Source: a virus (taxonomy: Duplodnaviria > Caudoviricetes). Taken from it: 64,000 bases of DNA. Below the pieces are notes generated by a model. It saw only the letters and a program-made list of their open reading frames with translations, was not told the DNA's origin and did not search any database. Below are positions 58,101 through 64,000 of the stretch, in pieces. How positions within the stretch are numbered: the first letter of the stretch is position 1; each line of letters begins with the position of its first letter. The position numbers were made by a program, and so were the translations under genes. The stretch is taken from IMG/VR virus record IMGVR_UViG_3300025413_001239; one strand, given 5' to 3'.

Positions 58101-59083
58101 CTTATAATTTCAATATCATTTGATGTAAATCTAATATTATGTGAACTAAACCCACCGTCACCTAATAAACACCCCATAATATAAGGGTCTAAATTTAAAC
58201 TAGACTTACAAAATTCAACAGGTTTAACTATTGGTAAATACCATTTAACATTACCATTGGTTCCATAAGTTAAATCGGACATAATAGCTTTTAATTCTTT
58301 AACAATAAAACCTTTGTTTCTTTTTTTATGGTTAGTAGTTTGAACAGCCCATAAGTGTTCATCGCAAGACTCAATCATAGTTCCATCGGTTAACGTTATA
58401 TTAAAAAATTGTTTTTTAGGTTGCGGATAAACACCTAATATTTTAGTTGGTTTACCATTTGAACCTATAACGTAATCACCAACTTTTAAATCACCGTTTT
58501 TAACCCAACCATAAGGTGTTAAAACAGGTGTGTCGTTAGCTAAAACCTTACCAAGTCCCATATCATCTGCGAGGATACATCCGTTACGACTTAATAAAAA
58601 TTTTATACCTTCTTCTTGGTGTTTATAGAGTTGTTTACCATCTTTAGCCAATACATTATTATACTTAGTAAAATCAACTTCAATATTAATTTCTTCATAA
58701 TAAGGGTCATCTAAGACTTGTGTCTTTGGTAGCCAATACATTTTAGATTGTTGTTGGTTTTGTTTTAGTTTACCATAAACGTGATAAGTTTTTTCACTAT
58801 CAGCTAAAATATATTCAATAAGTATTTTTTCTGGAATAAAAGATAATTCATTTTGTTTTTGTAGTTCTTCACCTAAATAAGGTGATATTCTTATCACTTT
58901 ATTAATAAGGATTGGTTCTTTATCGTGATTATCAATTATGTATTTTGTTTGTGTTTCAGTAAGTACAATTTTTTTATTATTTAGATATTCATTTCGTAAT
59001 TTTTTTAAATACGGATTTATACCTGAATAATTTTCAAGAAAGGTTATTGCTGAACGGCCCTTTATGTCATCAAGATTTATCAA
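55100..59083 (-). CDS. SNF2/SWI2-family helicase with two inteins
   Basis: LADDMGLGK|TTQ, VVCPSS, IVDEAH, LLTGTP..NRP.D, QAEDR|CYRIGQ. Confidence 0.92.
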   Translation of the reverse strand: MINLDDIKGRSAITFLENYSGINPYLKKLRNEYLNNKKIVLTETQTKYIIDNHDKEPILINKVIRISPYLGEELQKQNELSFIPEKILIEYILADSEKTYHVYGKLKQNQQQSKMYWLPKTQVLDDPYYEEINIEVDFTKYNNVLAKDGKQLYKHQEEGIKFLLSRNGCILADDMGLGKVLANDTPVLTPYGWVKNGDLKVGDYVIGSNGKPTKILGVYPQPKKQFFNITLTDGTMIESCDEHLWAVQTTNHKKRNKGFIVKELKAIMSDLTYGTNGNVKWYLPIVKPVEFCKSSLNLDPYIMGCLLGDGGFSSHNIRFTSNDIEIISEINKRLPLGHKLKMFSDMQYHLCGVNNTNLVIRELNEYSLMGLTSEFKFIPKPYLYSDIDDRINLLQGLLDTDGYCSKLGTVQYYTVSKELANNVRELVQSLGGVVKMTSKVGKYKLPDGTIKDCKLCFILTINLPIEIIPFKLNRKIKYLNKNKKYHPTRGIKSVEFSRVTTGQCIMVEAKDHLYVMDSYVVTHNTTQSIIAALESGAKNILVVCPSSVKINWKREIEVFCKDVTIVNGRKWDRAKFTIINFDILKNFHTIGDGKKKKDTDPVLELNRHIVNSRFDLAIVDEAHNLKNNKSIRGEIMVDLSVNHGIEKVWLLTGTPIANRPMDFFNLLKIIKAPIADNWHYFASRYCDAKKFFRTLKNGSRKQIWLTDGASNLEELSIKTRNLIIRRLKTDVLDMPDKVITPVYHELSDKGWKEYDMLWDEYLQKLEKENKKASTQRDLVELILLRKFIAMEAIPETIEMTENALEIGKKVIIFTSFTDELNELAEHFGKLCVTHNGVMSDRDKQNSVDSFQNNPNVKVFIGNIKSAGVGITLTEATVVIFNSFDWVTGNNEQAEDRCIFGGQLVMTNNGYKLIEDINIGDMVYTHMGNFKKVVNKHTHLERNKLRYDINAFGYNKELSVTEDHKLFIYDSELEIFSWVEAKNLDIKKHFLTLKSNNLPESRKEYLIINNNVNKTFINSHNTEQINGRLIELPEKIELTNELLYSFGFYIAEGWSVIENKTKSSSVNVCQKITNKKMYDSAEYIIDIIKKHFNIDKHSSYIDKNNVKTCTIYSKNLAIIFSELFGCGVKNKKMPDWINELNFEQLSSLINGFNHGDGYFRKNTQQNITASSQLGSELVRCSANLGNNVSFSIRPINDMVYYQTENSIDNKNGLNRIKKIGEYITYPIVGIHISKPKRGQERVYDLSVEDDNSFVVGNYNVHNCYRIGQKNDVNVYYQLFDKTISTRMWNVLKNKKDIISTIMGDAKLSDDEILEIMIDKMLLENDESI
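55301..56395 (-). mobile_element. Class 1 LAGLIDADG intein (365 aa) in helicase motif VI
   Basis: CIFGGQLV, VTEDHKL, GFYIAEG, FNHGDG, VYDLSV...YNVHN, +1 Cys. Confidence 0.93.
57512..58546 (-). mobile_element. Class 3-type LAGLIDADG intein (345 aa) in the helicase Walker A, first residue Val
   Basis: GK|VLANDTP (codon GTT checked); DEHLW, GQCIMV, VVTHN give the W-C-T triad; +1 Thr. Confidence 0.85.
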
Positions 59084-59194
59084 TTAATTTAAATTTATAA
59101 TAAATAGTTGTTATTGTATAATATACTAATTTTTTAAATAAAATCAATACTTATCGAATATTTAGATTAATGTAAATATTTATAAAAAAAGATT

Positions 59195-59716
59195 ATGCCA
59201 AACGATAAGATAGTCCCAATTACGAGAATTAATAAATGGTTCTCTGAAGAAGATTTTAAATTGGAAGAAAAATTAGGTCGTGAAGCCATTGAGGGTGATG
59301 GAAACTTTACTGTGATACTTTATAGAGTTGACCGTGAAAATAGTGAATATGATGCTGTTTATGGTGAAGCATCTAAAGATGGTATAAGGTACTTTGCACC
59401 AATTGAGTTAAAGGTTGTACCTATCTTGGCCGAACCAGAAAATAAAACTTATAATTCAAATGGTACTGGTAGATACTTACAAGATGGTCAATTAACCTTT
59501 GGTATTTATCAAGCACAATTAGATGAATTAGAAGTTGAGATAGCTTACGGTGATTACATAGGTTATGCGGAGAATGAAACAAATATAAGGTATTATAGTG
59601 TTTCAAATGATGGTAAGAAATTTTACGATAATAAACATACAATAATGGGTTATAAGGGTGCGTTCAGAACTATTTTATGTGCGCCAGTTAGCTCTTCAGA
59701 ATTTACAGCTATATAA
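59195..59716 (+). CDS. Head-closure/neck protein (gp14-like)
   Basis: VILYRVD...D.VYGE, GDYI.Y, YYSV; late motif at 59174-59185. Confidence 0.55.
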   Translation: MPNDKIVPITRINKWFSEEDFKLEEKLGREAIEGDGNFTVILYRVDRENSEYDAVYGEASKDGIRYFAPIELKVVPILAEPENKTYNSNGTGRYLQDGQLTFGIYQAQLDELEVEIAYGDYIGYAENETNIRYYSVSNDGKKFYDNKHTIMGYKGAFRTILCAPVSSSEFTAI

Positions 59717-59718
59717 TT

Positions 59719-60771
59719 ATGTCAGTACCTAAAAACTTTAGAACAAATATCAATATTAACCCACCTAAAATTGGATATGATAGGAGGCAAGAAATTATTC
59801 ATGGAATTGAAGATAATGGTACTTTTTTGCCTAGAGGTGTGAATGAAGAAGATATGGATGCAACATTTATTGATTTTGTTAAGAATCAATTAACTATGAG
59901 TTTTGACGGTAATAAAGTTCCAGTTTATTTCTTTACAATACAAAGATGGTCAGAATATACAAAGACTTGGCAATCAACCGATACGTTTAAGGATATTGAG
60001 ATACCATTTATTAGTATAGTTAGAAGACCAGATATACAAGTTGGTCAAAATCAAGCTGGTATGTGGAACATACCTGGAAATAGAACCTATACATATTTAA
60101 AAGTTCCAACTTGGGATGGAATTAGAAAGGGTGTTGATTTATATAAGATTCCACAACCAACTTCAGTAGATATTACATATGAGGTAAGGTTATTTACTGA
60201 AAGAATGAAAGACTTAAACCAATTAAATTCAAAAATACATAGGACTTTTCAATCTCAACAAGCATATATTAATGTTAAGGGTCATCCAATGCCAATAATT
60301 CTTGAATCAATAAGTGATGAAAGCAATATTGATGATTTTGAAAATAAAAGATTTTATATTCAATTATTTGAGATGAGGCTTATGGGTTATTTATTATCTG
60401 AAGAAGAATTTGAAATAATTCCAACAGTTAATAGAACATTCTTATCATTAGAGATTGATTCAAATAAGATGAATAATATGATAACATTTGAGCCTAATAG
60501 AAAGGGTAATGTTGTTAATTATTTAGTCGTATTTAAACCAAGGTCACCATTACAATTTACATTTACAGCACAATATTCATTAATTTTTAATCAGTTAATT
60601 AATATTGAAAACTTAAAAAATATAAATATGCAAGTTAATGGTGTAACCGTTCTTAATGGTTTAACATTAAGTAAACCAATTACATTAAATTCTGGTGATT
60701 TAGTATTGATTACTGTATCAAAAAATTTAATGTTATCTGGACAATTTCAATTAATAGGTAACACAATATGA
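59719..60771 (+). CDS. Tail completion/sheath stabiliser (gp15-like)
   Basis: IPFISIVR, PQP.SVDITYEVRLFT. Confidence 0.55.
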   Translation: MSVPKNFRTNININPPKIGYDRRQEIIHGIEDNGTFLPRGVNEEDMDATFIDFVKNQLTMSFDGNKVPVYFFTIQRWSEYTKTWQSTDTFKDIEIPFISIVRRPDIQVGQNQAGMWNIPGNRTYTYLKVPTWDGIRKGVDLYKIPQPTSVDITYEVRLFTERMKDLNQLNSKIHRTFQSQQAYINVKGHPMPIILESISDESNIDDFENKRFYIQLFEMRLMGYLLSEEEFEIIPTVNRTFLSLEIDSNKMNNMITFEPNRKGNVVNYLVVFKPRSPLQFTFTAQYSLIFNQLINIENLKNINMQVNGVTVLNGLTLSKPITLNSGDLVLITVSKNLMLSGQFQLIGNTI

Positions 60772-63341
60772 GTCAAAGTATAAACGAAACATTTATTATA
60801 GAACCATCAATTGCAATTGCTTTAACTGGTGGTACGTTTAGTTATGAAACACAAACACTTACACTAGTTAATGGTGATGGTACTATTGTTAATGTAACTG
60901 GTTTTACCGATACCTATGTAACTGGTGGTACTTATTCCAATGGTATAGCAACATTTATTAATAATAGTGGTAATACATTTACTATTGGTGGTTTTTATAC
61001 TGGAACACCAATAACAATATCTGGTGGTACTGGTATATTAACTGGTGGAACATATCCAAATTTTACGATTACTAATACACTTCCAGACCAAATTGTTACT
61101 TTATCAGCTCAAACTGGTATATCAATAGATGGTTCTTATCCTAACTTTACATTAACTAATACACTTCCAGACCAAATTGTTACTTTAACAAGTGGTACAC
61201 AAATAAATATTAGTGGTACATACCCTAATTTTATTATATCAACAATTGGGATTACGGACACTTATGTAACTGGTGGTACTTATTCAAACGGTACAGCTAT
61301 ATTCACAAATAATACTGGTGGTACATTTACTGTTTCTGGGTTTAGTACAAATAATGCTACGCAGTTTACTGGTGGTACAGTTACTGGTGCAACTCAGTTT
61401 ACTAATGGCCTTACAACAAATTCAATATCAGCAACCACTTATCAAAATTTACCCTTAGATATAACGGTTACTGGTGGTACTTACTCTAGTGGTACTGCAA
61501 CATTCACAAATAATACTGGGGGTACGTTTACTGTAAGTGGATTTAGTACGAGTAATGCCACACAATTTACTGGTGGTACTGTAACTGGTGCAACTCAGTT
61601 TACTAATGGGTTAAGTGGTAATACAATCTCTGGTGGTACACTTTATGGTGATGCATCAAATTTAGTTAATTTTACGAGTAATCAAATTACAACAGCATTA
61701 AGTTACACACCTCAACAACCTTTAAGTGGTAGCGGTATTGTTTATGGGAATAATACTAATCCAGTAACATACATTGCTGGTAATGCCAATCAATATGTTA
61801 GAGGTGATGGTGTTCTTGCGGATTTTCCATCATCTGCTGGTGGTGGTGGTGGTTCAATTTATTATTTTAATGGTGGTACGGTTGAGACGACAATAAGTGG
61901 GAATACTTTTTTACAAATGAGTAAGATTCCATCATCAAGTACTGGTGTTAATTTTAGTGCTACAACTACTGGTGATTTTGCTTATTTCTTAACTGATGTC
62001 TTAAGTCCAGACCAAACATCTATACCAGCAGGTATATGGACATTTCAAGCATTTTTCTCAACAAATAGTAATTCCATACCAGCAATTACCGCAAAAATAT
62101 ATAAATATGATGGTGTTAATTTAATACTTGTTGGTCAAAGTCAACCTGAAAATATTGATACTGGTAGTATCATAGATTTACATTACTTTGCCGCATCAGT
62201 TTCTGGTACATCTTTAAATATTACTGATAGGATTGCTGTTGTATTTAATGCTAGTAATATTCAAAGTAATAAAAATGTAACACTATATACACAAGATAAT
62301 ACCTTAAGTTCTGTAAATACTACTTTTCCAGTTGGTATTGGTTCCCTTAATGGATTAACTTTAGGAACGCAGTACTTCACGGTAAGTACAAGTGGTACAT
62401 CATTTAATATTATTTCATCAGCTGATACACATACATTTAATATACCATTAGCCGCAACAAATAGTGTCACAGCTGGTCTTTTAAGTAACACAGATTACAA
62501 CACATTTAATACTAAAGTGAATGGTAGTGGTACATTAAATCAATTAGCGTATTGGTCAGGTGCGACAGGTATAAGTTCAAGTAATAATTTAACATGGAAT
62601 GGTTCTTCACTAAACGTTATTGGTAGTATATCCGCAACAACATATTATAATCTACCACTAGATATAAGGGTTACTGGTGGTACTTATTCTGCTGGTACAA
62701 CTACTTTTACTAATAATACTGGTGGTACATTTACCGTTACTGGTTTTAGTACTAGTAATGCTACTCAGTTTACTGGTGGTACTGTTACTGGTTCAACCCA
62801 ATTTACCAATGGTCTTACAACAAATTCAATATCAGCAACCACTTATCAAAATTTGCCTTTAGATATAAGAGTAACTGGTGGTACCTATTCTACTGGTACA
62901 GCTACTTTCACTAACAATACTGGGGGTACTTTTACTGTAACTGGGTTCAGTACGAGTAATGCTACTCAGTTTACTGGTGGTACTGTTACAGGTTCAACCC
63001 AATTTACTAATGGACTTTCGGCTAATACTATATCGGCTACAACAATAACTGGTGGTTCTTTAACATTAACAAATTTAATTAATTTAACTGGTACAACTAG
63101 TAGAATGGTTGAGGTTAATACTGGTGGTACTGTAACCGCTACTACAAGTATAATTTCGGCATACTTAACATCTGGTGGTACAATAGCTAATTTGTTAGAA
63201 AATACTAGTAATTGGGATATTGATGGTAACTATACTGGAAGCTCTATTACTGGAACATATCAAGGTCAAAAACACTATAATGGTAATTATCTTTTTGAGG
63301 CGGTTGCTGATAACTTATTTATAAGATTAATTAGAGGATAA
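60768..63341 (+). CDS. Fibre-like virion protein built from repeats
   Basis: Repeated VTGGTYS.GT.TFTNNTGGTFTV.GFSTSNATQFTGGTVTG.TQFTNGL modules at about 61258-61620 and 62628-63050. Confidence 0.72.
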   Translation: MSQSINETFIIEPSIAIALTGGTFSYETQTLTLVNGDGTIVNVTGFTDTYVTGGTYSNGIATFINNSGNTFTIGGFYTGTPITISGGTGILTGGTYPNFTITNTLPDQIVTLSAQTGISIDGSYPNFTLTNTLPDQIVTLTSGTQINISGTYPNFIISTIGITDTYVTGGTYSNGTAIFTNNTGGTFTVSGFSTNNATQFTGGTVTGATQFTNGLTTNSISATTYQNLPLDITVTGGTYSSGTATFTNNTGGTFTVSGFSTSNATQFTGGTVTGATQFTNGLSGNTISGGTLYGDASNLVNFTSNQITTALSYTPQQPLSGSGIVYGNNTNPVTYIAGNANQYVRGDGVLADFPSSAGGGGGSIYYFNGGTVETTISGNTFLQMSKIPSSSTGVNFSATTTGDFAYFLTDVLSPDQTSIPAGIWTFQAFFSTNSNSIPAITAKIYKYDGVNLILVGQSQPENIDTGSIIDLHYFAASVSGTSLNITDRIAVVFNASNIQSNKNVTLYTQDNTLSSVNTTFPVGIGSLNGLTLGTQYFTVSTSGTSFNIISSADTHTFNIPLAATNSVTAGLLSNTDYNTFNTKVNGSGTLNQLAYWSGATGISSSNNLTWNGSSLNVIGSISATTYYNLPLDIRVTGGTYSAGTTTFTNNTGGTFTVTGFSTSNATQFTGGTVTGSTQFTNGLTTNSISATTYQNLPLDIRVTGGTYSTGTATFTNNTGGTFTVTGFSTSNATQFTGGTVTGSTQFTNGLSANTISATTITGGSLTLTNLINLTGTTSRMVEVNTGGTVTATTSIISAYLTSGGTIANLLENTSNWDIDGNYTGSSITGTYQGQKHYNGNYLFEAVADNLFIRLIRG

Positions 63342-64000
63342 TGATATTAAAATTTAATACTAGTGTATTATCGTATAATGGTAGAATTTTAAATTTTGTA
63401 ACCCCATCTACAGGTACAACTGGAAATTTGGTTACAACAGCTACGTTATCTAATGCGAGTATTGTATCTCAAAGTCCATTTACTGGTGCATCATCTGGTA
63501 ATTCATATTCAGTTACAGCATCTACAACATCCTATTTAAGTGTTTCTGGTCAAACAGGTTTTGCGATGGGTACTGGTGATTATACAATTGAATGGTTCCA
63601 ATATGAAACCGATTCAAATTCATTCCCAAGGATATATTGGTATGGTAGTTCACCTAGTTTGGGTATGAGTTTAGAGGGTAGTTATTATTCTTGGGTTGGT
63701 GCTTCTGGAACAGCATTAGGTACAAAGGGTGCTATAACAAATGCTTGGCAACACTTTGCTTTAGTTAGAATAAGTAGTAAACTTTACTTTTATAAGAATG
63801 GAACGTTAGTTTCTAGTGCTGGTGGGGTTAGTGATGCAAGTAATATTACTGATACAACATCAAATTTTATAATTGGTGCTAAAATAGGCGGTTTAACTAG
63901 TGAACAATTTGGTGGTTACATAACTAATTTTAGGGTTGTAAAGGGTCTAGGGGTTTATACTGGTAATTTTACAAGACCAACAAGTGTTTTAACAGCTGTA
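63341..64000 (+). CDS. LamG-like protein, partial (runs off the window)
   Basis: TAATG overlap; GTGDYTIEWF, WQHFALVR, LYFYKNG, GYITNFRVVKG...YT.NF. Confidence 0.78.
   Translation, partial: MILKFNTSVLSYNGRILNFVTPSTGTTGNLVTTATLSNASIVSQSPFTGASSGNSYSVTASTTSYLSVSGQTGFAMGTGDYTIEWFQYETDSNSFPRIYWYGSSPSLGMSLEGSYYSWVGASGTALGTKGAITNAWQHFALVRISSKLYFYKNGTLVSSAGGVSDASNITDTTSNFIIGAKIGGLTSEQFGGYITNFRVVKGLGVYTGNFTRPTSVLTAV

Noticed and set aside
2649-62862. Short antisense or nested ORFs in the track (e.g. 2649-2879, 4088-4273, 28597-29034, 40926-41357, 51013-51363, 57072-57323)
   Set aside because: Shadows of longer, motif-bearing genes; no motifs or start context of their own.
1-64000. tRNA, rRNA or other structured ncRNA genes
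   Set aside because: Intergenic gaps are short and AT-rich; no cloverleaf, T-loop or rRNA signatures were seen by eye.

Overview
AT-rich segment of a T4-like (myovirus-type) jumbo phage. The host is most likely Bacteroidota: three exact TTTG-N20/21-TAnnTTTG promoters, and A-rich starts without Shine-Dalgarno sites. Standard genetic code. Layout: (1) 1-3 kb, a shortened major-capsid-like paralog, a free-standing endonuclease and phoH; (2) 3-21 kb, a glycosylation island with many glycosyltransferases plus a tandem nucleotidyltransferase, HAD phosphatase, class II aldolase/epimerase and a GT-phosphoribulokinase-like fusion; (3) 21-31 kb, nucleotide-metabolism and GT genes heavily invaded by selfish elements; (4) 31-49 kb and 59-64 kb, late/virion genes (repeat-built fibres, LamG lectins, neck and tail-completion proteins); (5) 49-59 kb, an intein-containing family B DNA polymerase, neck protein, glutaredoxin and a two-intein SNF2-like helicase. 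Five inteins (one naturally split, one class 3 with Val1) and five free-standing homing endonuclease genes (HEGs) are present. Top candidate for a new system: a 997-nt HEG cassette flanked by AGCT direct repeats in a GT-B glycosyltransferase gene. It supplies a replacement N-terminus, a 62-nt hairpin and an AGC-TGA-CA-AGC junction; an 8-nt ribosomal hop between the matched AGC codons restores the DRTGVS-YFR frame exactly. All family assignments come from motif recognition by eye; no database search was run.
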